The notes beneath the pieces were generated by a model. It saw only the letters and a program-made list of their open reading frames with translations, was not told the DNA's origin and made no database searches. 37,267 bases of DNA, from IMG/VR virus record IMGVR_UViG_3300037847_002157, positions 1 through 37,267 of that record; one strand, 5' to 3'. This stretch comes from a virus (taxonomy: Duplodnaviria > Caudoviricetes). How positions within the stretch are numbered: the first letter of the stretch is position 1; each line of letters opens with the position of its first letter. A program made the position numbers and the translations under genes. Positions 1-9,812 of the stretch are shown piece by piece.

Positions 1-1660
1 TAGAGTCAAAAGAAGTTAATACTGTACTATAAGTGCCTTCTGCTCCTGTTGTACTTGGACTGATGTATTTTTGAACACCCCTAACTGAATCAAAAGCAGC
101 GTGGTCAATAGTAAAAGACCTACCTTTTATCCACACCAAATCAGGAGAAAAATTTGTAGCTTCTTGGTAAGTTACATTAGATGCAGTCCCATCATAAGCA
201 TAAGTTACATTACTTGCTGCTCCATCATAAGATGGTACTGTTTCATCTCTTGCATCACCATTTAGTTTGTAATGTGCTAATAAATTATCTGTTGGAATAG
301 ATGCAGTTGTGTTATTATATATATATCCTACTTCTGTTGCAGTTAGTACATCTGTATAAACTCTTACATCATCTATTTTACCTTGAAAATGTCCTTCTAC
401 TCCACCAGCACCATTGTTTTGCGCTCCTACATAATAAGTATGGCTAGATAAATATGTTCTATTACCTGGTGTTGAATCACTTGCATCTTGTGAGCCATTT
501 AAATATAATTTCACAGTAGAATTAGCTCCGTCATAAGTTAAAGTACAATGATACCAAGTATTAGCAGATAATGATGTTGCTCCACTTAAATCAATATTAC
601 CATTACTAGAATAACTGATAAATCTTATTTTTCCTGCTCCATATCCAGCATATAATGACCACCCATAATTAACCCCACTTTCCCAAGCATATGGACTAAA
701 TGTAGCAGCATATTTACTTAAATCTTCATTATTAAACCAAAATGCTACAGAAAAATTTTGTGGACTAACATTATTTATTAAATTGTCAGGTAATCTTATA
801 GAAGAATTACTCCCATTAAAATGTGCTGCTGCTCCATACTTACCACTTACACCTCCTGTATCATTTGCATTACCATCTAATTGGTATAAAGCAATAGCAC
901 TATTATCGCTAAAAATATCTGTAGTTGATATTGTAGTAGATGCAAATGTTTCTCCATTTAAAGTTGCTACTTCTGATGTTGATAATGCTTTGTTAAATAT
1001 TCTAAATTGGTCAACCATTCCATCCCAAGCATAAGCAGAATAACTTGATGAATTAGCATAAGTACCAATATTAAACCCTGAATCAATAGTTCTACCACCT
1101 GAAGATGAAGTTAAACTATAACTACCTATAGCAGTTGAACTATTCAAATAAAATGTTGCAGTTTTTGTAGATGCCACATAAGAAACAACTAAATTATACC
1201 AAGTACCTACTGCAACAGTTGCCCTTGCTGAAGTATAAGATGAAGGGTCATAATTTGTGCCTCCAAAACCTCTTCTAAATCTAAATTCAACTTCATTTGT
1301 GTTAGATGTACCAGCAACTAATAATTCTAATGCCTGATAAGAAGAGCTAAAACTATTTGGGTTTCCTCTATCTATTAGAGCATAAAAATCAGAACTTGAT
1401 GCAGGTATTGAATCAAAATTAATCCATATACTTAATGCTCCATCGCTATCTGAAGTATTACTTGTGAATCCTCCCATATCAGGGAAAGTAATATATTTAT
1501 TATAAGCAAACCCTGTTGCACCTCTATTTATATATCCACCTATTCTCTGTGCTGCTCCTGTACCTGTATATAAAACTGTATTAAAGTGTTCAGATGGAGT
1601 AAAGGTATCTGCTGCTGCATCTGCTGATACTTTAGGAAAAAACTTTTTATTTAAAGCCAT
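1..1660 (-). CDS. Tail fibre / receptor-binding protein with two LamG-like (ConA jelly-roll) domains, copy A; 3'-partial
   Basis: Not in ORF track (no stop inside window). Hand translation from ATG 1660: MALNKKFFPKVSADAAADTFTPSEHFNTVLYTGTGAAQRIGG..., open to position 1. LamG-like motifs NTWYHCTLTYDG..VKLYLNG and FQGKIDDVRVY. Colinear with 33857..37267. Confidence 0.85.
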   Translation of the reverse strand, partial: MALNKKFFPKVSADAAADTFTPSEHFNTVLYTGTGAAQRIGGYINRGATGFAYNKYITFPDMGGFTSNTSDSDGALSIWINFDSIPASSSDFYALIDRGNPNSFSSSYQALELLVAGTSNTNEVEFRFRRGFGGTNYDPSSYTSARATVAVGTWYNLVVSYVASTKTATFYLNSSTAIGSYSLTSSSGGRTIDSGFNIGTYANSSSYSAYAWDGMVDQFRIFNKALSTSEVATLNGETFASTTISTTDIFSDNSAIALYQLDGNANDTGGVSGKYGAAAHFNGSNSSIRLPDNLINNVSPQNFSVAFWFNNEDLSKYAATFSPYAWESGVNYGWSLYAGYGAGKIRFISYSSNGNIDLSGATSLSANTWYHCTLTYDGANSTVKLYLNGSQDASDSTPGNRTYLSSHTYYVGAQNNGAGGVEGHFQGKIDDVRVYTDVLTATEVGYIYNNTTASIPTDNLLAHYKLNGDARDETVPSYDGAASNVTYAYDGTASNVTYQEATNFSPDLVWIKGRSFTIDHAAFDSVRGVQKYISPSTTGAEGTYSTVLTSFDS

Positions 1661-1661
1661 A

Positions 1662-2144
1662 TTATAAACTTATATCGTACTGTACTACTTGTGCTTTTGT
1701 GGTTTTTGCATTTATCTCACTTTCTTTAGTTGCAACTGATGTTCTTATAGCTGCTCTTGCATCTGTAATATCACTTGGTATTGCATCTCCTGTATCTGAA
1801 TTTCTTATAATATACCAATCTGTTTCTGATAGCTTACTATTAGCATTTGCTTTTAGGTTTGCAATTTTCTGCTCCTTTAATTCTGCAACTGATTGAGACC
1901 AAGTTTTATTTGTTTTAGGATATGTAAATTGTGTATTTTCACTATCCCAAAATATTTCACCTAAATCGTGTATTTGAGAATTATAACCATCAGGCATTAC
2001 AACATCATACAAACCCTCTGCTTTTTGTTCTGCTCTTGTGAGTTGGTCAAAGCCACCAAGATATTCTTTTTGGCTACCTTTAAATGATTTAGGTATAGAA
2101 GTATATACCTGTATTGTTCCGTTTCTATTTATTGCGTAACTCAT
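1662..2144 (-). CDS. Putative tail fibre assembly chaperone
   Basis: ORF track 1662..2174; ATG at 2144 overlaps upstream stop (TAATG). C-terminal LSETDWYIIR...RAAIR motif typical of fibre chaperones; directly upstream of the fibre gene. Confidence 0.65.
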   Translation of the reverse strand: MSYAINRNGTIQVYTSIPKSFKGSQKEYLGGFDQLTRAEQKAEGLYDVVMPDGYNSQIHDLGEIFWDSENTQFTYPKTNKTWSQSVAELKEQKIANLKANANSKLSETDWYIIRNSDTGDAIPSDITDARAAIRTSVATKESEINAKTTKAQVVQYDISL

Positions 2145-3358
2145 TATGTTGCTATTTGTGAGATTTGATACCAAGCTTCAGAAGTTGATATAAATTTAAA
2201 TTCTATTAAGTTTTTAGTTGATGAAGTATCATCATAAGTACCTGCTAATCTATTGAAAGTACCTGATGACCCATTAATATTTCCTAATGCTAATGTGTAA
2301 GAAGAGCCACCACCTGTTATAATTAAAGAACAAGTAGAGCCTACTTTAACATTTGTAAATGCTACAGTAGTAGAATGTCCTGCTGTCCAAGTAAATACAT
2401 CAGCATCTTCTGTGTTAATAGTAATTGCAGTTGCTGAAGTTACAGCACTACTAGCAGTATATCTGTTTGCTAATTGGTCGTGATCTACAGCATCATCTGC
2501 TATCATTGAATTAGATACACTATCTGTATCACCTGTACCAACTAATGTGCCTGTAGCTGTAGGTAAAGTAAGAACAGCACTACTAGCTGCTGAATGTGGC
2601 TGTGCTTTTATAGTTTGATAATGAGCATTACTTGATTCGCAATACATTTGTATTTCAGCAACATTACCTGTTCCTGTTCTCATTTGTATACTACCATCAG
2701 AAACAGTTACACCTCCGGTAGATCCATCGCCATCTACCACTAAATTATTTCCATCAAACGTTAGATCTGCCTCTGCATTACCATTCGTAGAGTCTACTGA
2801 AGTCAAAATTCTGTTATTCGCTGAATTAGCAACTGCATAACTACTACCTGTAGCAGTTAATTGCCCACTACTAGCACTCAATCCTGATCCTGCTATAGCA
2901 CTAACAAAATCTACTATTGATTCTTTTTTAGTATTATTTGAATCATCAGCATCTATTATAGCTAAACTATCATTAGCTACATTAACTGTAGCACTAGATA
3001 AATCGTTAAGGTCAAGATTTATATCGTTTGTGTTTATTGATAAACCTCCATTTGTAGCATTTACTACATTTAAAGTAGCATCTCCAGAAGTAGCATCTCC
3101 TGTCAATCCATTACCTGCTACAATACCTGTAATATCTCCATCAAACTTTTGTTCCCAAGTGAACCCGCTTGAAGCAGAGTCATAAGTTAATACATAACCA
3201 TCCACAGGAGAGTTAGTAACTTTTAAATTTGGTTCATCAACAAAGTCAGCTCCATATACTTCATTAAAATTATCATTTACTTTATCAAACGCATCTCTTA
3301 ACGGATCACCTGTTCCATCGTTTGCTGCCGAACCAATATTAACTGTCTGTTTAGCCAT
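2144..3358 (-). CDS. Baseplate/fibre-associated structural protein
   Basis: N-terminal MAKQTVNIGSAANDGTGDPLRDAFDKVNDNFNEVY resembles the T4 gp9/gp10-like anchor motif; G/S/T/D-rich beta repeats. Confidence 0.7.
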   Translation of the reverse strand: MAKQTVNIGSAANDGTGDPLRDAFDKVNDNFNEVYGADFVDEPNLKVTNSPVDGYVLTYDSASSGFTWEQKFDGDITGIVAGNGLTGDATSGDATLNVVNATNGGLSINTNDINLDLNDLSSATVNVANDSLAIIDADDSNNTKKESIVDFVSAIAGSGLSASSGQLTATGSSYAVANSANNRILTSVDSTNGNAEADLTFDGNNLVVDGDGSTGGVTVSDGSIQMRTGTGNVAEIQMYCESSNAHYQTIKAQPHSAASSAVLTLPTATGTLVGTGDTDSVSNSMIADDAVDHDQLANRYTASSAVTSATAITINTEDADVFTWTAGHSTTVAFTNVKVGSTCSLIITGGGSSYTLALGNINGSSGTFNRLAGTYDDTSSTKNLIEFKFISTSEAWYQISQIAT

Positions 3359-3374
3359 TTTATATTATTATTAA

Positions 3375-3479
3375 TTATAGACAAGGAGGTTTAGAATCTA
3401 TATCAACAGTAGACTGATTAGAGCTATCACCCCACCAACTACTACAATATATAACCGCCCAATTTATTGTATTTGCCAT
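3375..3479 (-). CDS. Small hypothetical protein (34 aa, MANTINWAVIYCSSWWGD...)
   Basis: Hand-translated; TAATG coupling with upstream ORF; fills the intergenic gap. Confidence 0.55.
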   Translation of the reverse strand: MANTINWAVIYCSSWWGDSSNQSTVDIDSKPPCL

Positions 3480-3652
3480 TATTCACTATAAAAATTACTT
3501 GCAAGATAATTGATCGCATCAGCGAATATTCTAGCTGTACTTGCTAAAGGTCTTGCAAAGGTGTTAACGATAGTCTCATATATATCGCCCCAACCTATAC
3601 TGTTATTTATTTCTCCAAAATGTGTTGTATCGTATATCTTTCCCCAACTCAT
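3479..3652 (-). CDS. Small hypothetical protein (57 aa, two WGxIY repeats)
   Basis: Hand-translated MSWGKIYDTTHFGEINNSIGWGDIYE...; preceded by a late-promoter-like motif. Confidence 0.55.
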   Translation of the reverse strand: MSWGKIYDTTHFGEINNSIGWGDIYETIVNTFARPLASTARIFADAINYLASNFYSE

Positions 3653-3718
3653 TATTATTCTTTTTAAGATAACTATTTAACTTGATTTCGTTATCTTTCT
3701 TTACCTTATACTGTTTTT

Positions 3719-4222
3719 TCATAAAACCCAACCAGAGTATGTACTGTCTTTATCAGGATATACATCCTCATTAGTATTACTATAATATTCTGGAAACTTA
3801 CTAGGAGCGTTAAAACTCATATAATCAATAAATCTATCAGTATAATATTGAGCATAATCTCTTTCCTTTGCAGTAAGTGAATCTATTTCTGATTTTTCCG
3901 GTTGTGTTGAATTTTCACTATTATGTTTATATATTCCTCCATTACCAATAGTATATGCTGCAAAAGGTAAATATTCTGCCATAGCATAATGTATTAACAT
4001 TGGCTGTATATAGTCATTTACTAAACTTAAATAGTCTCCTGCTAAATCATCATCAATGATATCTTGAGATATTTTATTGTATAAATCAGTCCCTAGATAA
4101 TTCCTCACGTGGATCTCTTGAGCTAGTTTTATAAACTGTAAAAACTTATCAGGATCTACATTACCACCTAAGGCAGTATTCCTAACTAAATCAGCTCTTT
4201 TTATAAATAGTGCAGTAGCCAT
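3719..4222 (-). CDS. Putative head-tail connector/adaptor
   Basis: 167 aa helical protein coupled (TAATG) to the portal; call based on position and size. Confidence 0.5.
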   Translation of the reverse strand: MATALFIKRADLVRNTALGGNVDPDKFLQFIKLAQEIHVRNYLGTDLYNKISQDIIDDDLAGDYLSLVNDYIQPMLIHYAMAEYLPFAAYTIGNGGIYKHNSENSTQPEKSEIDSLTAKERDYAQYYTDRFIDYMSFNAPSKFPEYYSNTNEDVYPDKDSTYSGWVL

Positions 4223-5451
4223 TATTCTTGTTCTTCTATTTGTTCGTCAATAGTCTCTTCAATATCTTTTTTTACTCCGGTTTCCTTTTCTATTTCAGAA
4301 TCACTAATTGCATTTGTTAAATCAGTAAATTCTAAAGGTTGTAATGTTTTAAAGTATATATCTAAATTAATTCCATTAAATTCTAATATTCTTTCTAGCT
4401 CATCTAATATTGTAACCTGCATAGGTCTAATAACAGTATTATCCATTAACAAAGATGCTGTTTGTAATTCTTCAGCATTATTACCTAATCCACTATTATC
4501 TTTAATACCTACTAACATTGGAGAAACTATTCTATGGGAAACCATAACCTTCTTCATTGACTCATCAGATAAAAACTGATATTGTTGATGAGCATCATTA
4601 AGTATTATAGGATCTACAGTTGCAGCTAATTCTTTACTATCATTAAAAGCAAGTATAAATTTACCGGCATTACTACTCCCACTAAACTTCTCATATATCG
4701 CTCTTTCAATCATATCACGCTGCTCCTTATCTGGAGTGCCATTATTAAAGTTAATTAACATACTTGGTTGTAATCCATTCTGTATATTACTTATATGGTA
4801 GTTAGCTATTTCTTCTTCTAGTTCAGCATATTGCAATCCTCCTTGATAATCTACCGGAGAATAATAATAAAATCCTGCTCTATAAGGTCTGATATATAAT
4901 ATTTCAATACCATCTTTACTCATTCCAAAAGCAGATATTCTTTTAGGTTTTTCATTAGGTTTTACTTCCTTCCAATCAGAAGAGTAATAATATGCCTTTA
5001 TTTCGCCTTCTAAAGCCTTCTCAGCCCTTAACGTCTCCACAGGTATATGTGAGACCTCTACGATCTCTGAATGGTCCTTAGAATAGATTATTTGAAGTGC
5101 TGCTTGGCCCATCATTTTATAATCATAACAAACCTTTTTCATACAGTCTTTACTGAATAGATTTTTCATCTTTTCATATTCAGCGGGTTTACTTTCAGAA
5201 TCAGTAGCTTCTAATCCTCTTCCGTATATCATTTCAGCTATTCCGTTAATAGCTGCGTTATTTGTTGGGGATCCGTTATATCTATCTATAAGATATTGAA
5301 AATACATATTATCTTCTCCGTAACCTACCCAATCATATTTTTTAGATTCAATTACTTCCGGAGCTGTATAGCTTGATAAATTCACAACGTGAATACCATC
5401 TTTTGTTTTTGGTAATTGATTAATTCTTCTATTTGGTATTTTTCGTCCCAT
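4222..5451 (-). CDS. Portal protein
   Basis: 409 aa; SPTNNAAING..MIYGRG, YYYSPVDYQGG, NGLQPSMLINFNNG, KFSGSSNAGKFIL, HRIVSPMLVGI motifs typical of Bacteroidota phage portals. Confidence 0.85.
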   Translation of the reverse strand: MGRKIPNRRINQLPKTKDGIHVVNLSSYTAPEVIESKKYDWVGYGEDNMYFQYLIDRYNGSPTNNAAINGIAEMIYGRGLEATDSESKPAEYEKMKNLFSKDCMKKVCYDYKMMGQAALQIIYSKDHSEIVEVSHIPVETLRAEKALEGEIKAYYYSSDWKEVKPNEKPKRISAFGMSKDGIEILYIRPYRAGFYYYSPVDYQGGLQYAELEEEIANYHISNIQNGLQPSMLINFNNGTPDKEQRDMIERAIYEKFSGSSNAGKFILAFNDSKELAATVDPIILNDAHQQYQFLSDESMKKVMVSHRIVSPMLVGIKDNSGLGNNAEELQTASLLMDNTVIRPMQVTILDELERILEFNGINLDIYFKTLQPLEFTDLTNAISDSEIEKETGVKKDIEETIDEQIEEQE

Positions 5452-5792
5452 TATATAAATACAAATTCATTATCATAACTATCCTCTTCGGTATATAAAT
5501 TGTTACTTACAAAGTATTTTTCTAGATTAGATTGATTAGTAGCGAATATTAATCCTCTATAAATTTCTTCTGTATTAGAAGAAGATAACTCAACAACATA
5601 TCTATACAAAGTATCTTCTGTTAAAGTAAAAGTACCGGTAAGAACCATATATTGTCCTTCATCAGTTTTTGTTGGAGTAACTGTAACTGTCTTATTAGTA
5701 TCTTTATTGGTTAATTTTATAACCGGATTACTAGCATCCTTTCTAGGAACTATCTTTAAAACTTGACTCCCTGTTGTAGGTAATATATTCAT
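5451..5792 (-). CDS. Hypothetical virion protein
   Basis: ORF track 5451..5879; start moved to ATG 5792 because the longer start crosses a terminator and promoter motif. Confidence 0.6.
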   Translation of the reverse strand: MNILPTTGSQVLKIVPRKDASNPVIKLTNKDTNKTVTVTPTKTDEGQYMVLTGTFTLTEDTLYRYVVELSSSNTEEIYRGLIFATNQSNLEKYFVSNNLYTEEDSYDNEFVFI

Positions 5793-5836
5793 ATATAAAA
5801 TAACTAATCGTAAGTCGTTTTGTTTTATAAAGATAT

Positions 5837-5862
5837 AAAAAAAGGGGGTTAAATACCCCCTT
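5837..5862 (-). terminator. Intrinsic terminator after putative tail tube gene
   Basis: Minus strand AAGGGGGT-ATTTA-ACCCCCTT followed by a U tract. Confidence 0.8.
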
Positions 5863-5886
5863 GATTTATAGTAATTCAATTAAGAA

Positions 5887-6435
5887 TTAAGGAGTTCTCT
5901 TAGTACTAGCTGAATCAGTTGCACTACTCATTCCTGCGAATGGATCAGCAGTTGTTGGACTAGCTAAGAAATTAGGCATAGTAGTTTCATTTGCCGTAAG
6001 TGTCAAGGTATATCCCTGGAGATCTCCCATCGCAGTTCCTGTTACCATTGTACCTCCGGTAACTTCTGCTCCGTGTTCTCTACCTACTAAAAGCACTTTG
6101 CCATCAAAAGTCTCTACAAAAACGTGAGGTCTACCAAAAGCCATAAGCTTTAGTTCGTTGTTATCCTCTTTAGTTAGTTTATGTAAAGTTAAATTCACTA
6201 CTTGCTCAAAGAATGTTGTACCATTCTCTAGAGAAGTTTGTATATTAGTTTCTACAGAAGAGTTTCCTTTTACATCATAAGTATGGTAAGTAAAAGTTCC
6301 ATCCATATCTGTTACTTCGTCACTACTTAGTGTTATAGTACCTAAGTCTCCAAAGTCAACAAAATGAATTTTTCTAATACCACCAACCGCATCTTTACAA
6401 GGTTTTGTTCTTCCACCGGTTAAATCACAAGCCAT
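5887..6435 (-). CDS. Putative major tail tube protein
   Basis: Start at MACDLTGGRTKPCKDAVGGI (ATG 6435); beta-rich, ends GDLQGYTLTLTANE; follows the capsid gene. Confidence 0.6.
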   Translation of the reverse strand: MACDLTGGRTKPCKDAVGGIRKIHFVDFGDLGTITLSSDEVTDMDGTFTYHTYDVKGNSSVETNIQTSLENGTTFFEQVVNLTLHKLTKEDNNELKLMAFGRPHVFVETFDGKVLLVGREHGAEVTGGTMVTGTAMGDLQGYTLTLTANETTMPNFLASPTTADPFAGMSSATDSASTKRTP

Positions 6436-6448
6436 AATTATAAGTATT

Positions 6449-6485
6449 AAAAAAGGGTAGGTAGGCTCTAGGCTCACCCACCCTT
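6449..6485 (-). terminator. Hairpin/terminator (attenuator) after major capsid gene
   Basis: Minus strand AAGGGTGGGTGAGC-CTAGA-GCCTACCTACCCTT then TTT. Confidence 0.65.
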
Positions 6486-6505
6486 ACAGTTAGTTAATTA
6501 ATTTA

Positions 6506-7459
6506 TTAGTTAGCAGAGTTAGTAATACCATAAGTTACAATATCAGTAACAATACCATACTGTACACCTGCACTAAATCTCATAATAACTCTCACATTTT
6601 GAGAACCATCAAGATCTGCCATATCTAATACTTTTACTTCATTATGGTCAGAAAGTAATCCTGTACCGAAGAATAAGTTAGATTTTTCAGCAGCAATAGC
6701 TGTATTATCAGCAAGGCCATTAGCAACGAATATTTTTACACCATCAAAAGATAATGCTCCATTATTCCACCATTGAGTACCTTGATTGTTTGTACCTGCT
6801 GCACCTAATCCAGATGCTCCAAATCCACCTAAAGCTCTTACATAAGCTCTAGCGATGTTTTGAGAAACATATAGATATAGATCTTCACTTCCATAAAGAG
6901 CAGAAGGAATAGCATCTACGATAGATCCTAATTGAGCAACAACATTAGAAGATGTTACTGTAGTTCCTGCAACCTCTTGTCCTGAAGGTAAGTCAGCATC
7001 TAATGCAATTTGAGTAGTCAAACCATTAAATTGTCCGTTTGTTGAAGTGTCTCCGGTCCAGATTGAGTTTTCTGTTCTTTGAGCAACTTTAGCAGCAACG
7101 TGTGCAATTAAGAAATCACTAAATGCAGGAGGTAGGTCGCTATAAGCAGAGTAGCCCATTTGAACCGCTTCCCAATCAGATATGAAATCTTTCTTACATA
7201 GTTGTAAATTCACTTGTTGTTCTTCTGGTTGAAGAATTCTTTCAGTAAGTGTTAATGTAGAAGTAGCAGAAAAATCACAAGTAGCATCTTTAACGATATC
7301 GTCACTAGATACTTTTTTGATTACCTCTTTTAACTTCACATTAGGTTTTACTGTAATACCACCATTAGCGATGGTAGCACCCTCTAGCAAGGCAGCAGCA
7401 ATATATTGACCTGCAAACTCCCCTGCATAAGTAGTAGTAATTGAAGTAGTAGTAGCCAT
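6506..7459 (-). CDS. Major capsid protein
   Basis: 317 aa downstream of protease and scaffold; TTYAGEFAGQYI, ERILQPEEQQVNLQLCK, DGSQNVRVIMRF motifs. Confidence 0.85.
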   Translation of the reverse strand: MATTTSITTTYAGEFAGQYIAAALLEGATIANGGITVKPNVKLKEVIKKVSSDDIVKDATCDFSATSTLTLTERILQPEEQQVNLQLCKKDFISDWEAVQMGYSAYSDLPPAFSDFLIAHVAAKVAQRTENSIWTGDTSTNGQFNGLTTQIALDADLPSGQEVAGTTVTSSNVVAQLGSIVDAIPSALYGSEDLYLYVSQNIARAYVRALGGFGASGLGAAGTNNQGTQWWNNGALSFDGVKIFVANGLADNTAIAAEKSNLFFGTGLLSDHNEVKVLDMADLDGSQNVRVIMRFSAGVQYGIVTDIVTYGITNSAN

Positions 7460-7479
7460 TTTTATTAAAATTTAGACGT

Positions 7480-8019
7480 TTATTTATTTTTACTTATTCT
7501 TGCCATTACACGATCGAATGTGTTAATGGGTTTATTTTGCCCGTATTGGAAATCAAATCTTCTTGGGTTTGATTCTTCCGGGTTATGTTTTATTGCTTCA
7601 GCAGCAGGTTCTTTAGAAAGCTCTTTTACTTGCTCTGATAGAGCTTCTTTCTCTTTCTTCATATAACCCATCTCTTCATCAATCATTTTCTTAATAGCGT
7701 TGATTTCAGCTTTCATAGCTGACATATCCGCCATATATTTTTCCTCCGAAACATATCCTTTTTCAAGTTGTGTTTCTTCTTCTGCCTCCAACTCATCTTC
7801 AGATGCCTCTACCTCTGAAACTTCAGGAGCTTCTTCAGTAGCGACTTCTTCTGACAACTCGGTAGTAGCTTCTTCTTTTACTTCCTCTGTTGTCTCACTT
7901 ACAGCTTCTACAACCTCTTCTTGAACTTCCATTTCTGAAAGCTCTTGTGGAGTTGGTTGCTCGTCTGATAGTTTAGACAACTTTTGGAGAATCTCATTTA
8001 AAATAGTTGTCGCACTCAT
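7480..8019 (-). CDS. Capsid scaffolding protein
   Basis: Very Glu-rich coiled coil with a basic C-terminal tip, immediately upstream of the capsid gene. Confidence 0.7.
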   Translation of the reverse strand: MSATTILNEILQKLSKLSDEQPTPQELSEMEVQEEVVEAVSETTEEVKEEATTELSEEVATEEAPEVSEVEASEDELEAEEETQLEKGYVSEEKYMADMSAMKAEINAIKKMIDEEMGYMKKEKEALSEQVKELSKEPAAEAIKHNPEESNPRRFDFQYGQNKPINTFDRVMARISKNK

Positions 8020-8071
8020 AATAATTATTAAAGTTTATAAAGTAATTAGTTAAAATATTAGTGTTAGATTT

Positions 8072-8443
8072 TTAGTTTGCTGCTATACAGGCATCACAAT
8101 CATTGTAAGCTGTTACAGAATTTATTTTATGTTCTGCTGATGTTTTTGTTGCAATAACAGTATAACATCCACTATGACCACTATAGGCAAAGTTGAAATA
8201 GTAAACATCACCTATAGTGAGTTCTACATCTTCTATATATACTTCTTTATGTTGACTATGCCCACATAATTGTATATTATAATAGTAAGTGGTAGTTGTT
8301 TTAGTTATATTTCCAATACCTTGAGCTTCTAAAGTACCATCACAACATTTAGATGAGTATGTTCTTCCATCTGGACATAAACATCCTCTTTTACCTCCTT
8401 TTGGAGATGTTCTAGATAATGTAGCGTTCTTTCTTCTTCTCAT
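8072..8443 (-). CDS. Cys-rich hypothetical protein
   Basis: CLCPDGRTYSSKCCDGTLEAQGIG and terminal CDAC; ATGA overlap with the protease. Confidence 0.7.
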   Translation of the reverse strand: MRRRKNATLSRTSPKGGKRGCLCPDGRTYSSKCCDGTLEAQGIGNITKTTTTYYYNIQLCGHSQHKEVYIEDVELTIGDVYYFNFAYSGHSGCYTVIATKTSAEHKINSVTAYNDCDACIAAN

Positions 8444-9777
8444 TTTTTACTCTTAGGATGTTTCTTTGGCAACAAATCGTAATCAGTTGTATATTTTGGA
8501 TTTTGTGGTCTACCATTCTTAACTAAATACATATAAGCATTTACTCTAGCGTGGGCCCATTGAGAAGCTGATTTTACTCTAGGAGAATGACTTGTATTAA
8601 AAGCCCCTAATCCTCTTTGAAATACACTTGATAAAACACCTACAGTCACACCATAGCCTAATTTATCTTTATATTTCTTATTAAATTCATTAGCTTTCTT
8701 TTGTAATGAAGCTTTATCTTTAGCAGATACTTTTGCTCCGGTTTTACCTTTTGCATTACCTTTAGCAGTTCCTTTACCTTTAGGGTTTTTATTAGGAGTA
8801 TCTGAAGCAGGTGCTTTAGGAGATGATTTAACACCACCTTTAGGACCTACTTCTGCCATATCTAATTCTCCTATTTCTTTTAGTTTGGATTTTGCCCATC
8901 TAAATCCTGCTTTTCCGCCCCAAGCATCATACATCAATTTACCACAACCATCAGAATAGCTTTTAGATGATTTTAAATCACTCTCGTGACGAGCTAAGAA
9001 ACTATGCATTCTCTTTATAGTTGATACTGTTAGATTAGCTCTTGATGCTAATTGTGAAGCTCTACGTTTTCCTACAGCAGTCCCACAAGATCCCCATCCA
9101 TTTTTATCTACATATTCTAATACTCTTTTAGCATTACTTACAACTCCATCGGGATAATCATTATAAGTAGCTAATTTGTACATTTTACTGTTGAGGTAAT
9201 CTCTAAGTTCTAGAAGTATTTCATTCGCTTCAATCTCGCTAACCTCTTCGATTTCTGCCATATTAACCTTATCAGTAAAATATCCCTCAATAGAGAAACC
9301 TTTGACCAAACCGGTCTTAACATAGTTATTCCAAACTTCATCGTTATTTACTTTCATAGAAACCATCCAGGTGCCTACCGGAAGATCCATATCATATTTT
9401 CTAGATTTATCATATTTCTCATCTTCTATAATCCAAGATTCAACTACAGATAAACCATTTAATTGTGCTTCGTGTTCCAGAGTAGATTTATTCTGATTGC
9501 CTCTCATAAGAAATAATTCAGAAGCTTTTCTTACTGTATCCTCTGAAAAATATATATAATATTCATCGTCTCCATCTTGACGATATATGTTCTTATTTGG
9601 AACTAATGCAGCTCCCATAAGAATACGTTTTTCTTTATCTACTTCAGCAAGTTGTAATTTACTCTGTTCACTTAAAGCAATAAAGTGTTCTTGAATTGCA
9701 GGTCTATCAACTATAGATATAGCTTCTATTCCTGATAATAATTCATCTTCATCTATAAGTAATTCTATAACTCTCAT
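8440..9777 (-). CDS. Prohead serine protease (XkdF-like) with C-terminal extensions
   Basis: EKRILMGAALVPNKNIYR, STLEH, VVESWI, LPVGTWMVSMKV, VKGFSIEG. Confidence 0.8.
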   Translation of the reverse strand: MRVIELLIDEDELLSGIEAISIVDRPAIQEHFIALSEQSKLQLAEVDKEKRILMGAALVPNKNIYRQDGDDEYYIYFSEDTVRKASELFLMRGNQNKSTLEHEAQLNGLSVVESWIIEDEKYDKSRKYDMDLPVGTWMVSMKVNNDEVWNNYVKTGLVKGFSIEGYFTDKVNMAEIEEVSEIEANEILLELRDYLNSKMYKLATYNDYPDGVVSNAKRVLEYVDKNGWGSCGTAVGKRRASQLASRANLTVSTIKRMHSFLARHESDLKSSKSYSDGCGKLMYDAWGGKAGFRWAKSKLKEIGELDMAEVGPKGGVKSSPKAPASDTPNKNPKGKGTAKGNAKGKTGAKVSAKDKASLQKKANEFNKKYKDKLGYGVTVGVLSSVFQRGLGAFNTSHSPRVKSASQWAHARVNAYMYLVKNGRPQNPKYTTDYDLLPKKHPKSKK

Positions 9778-9812
9778 ATTAAAGTAATTTATATGTTATA
9801 TCTTGTCTTAAT

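Noticed and set aside
1-372. Fibre duplication as a diversity-generating retroelement TR/VR pair, or a true terminal repeat
   Set aside because: No reverse transcriptase; differences are not adenine-specific; the matching copy is internal (35670) and similarity is patchy.
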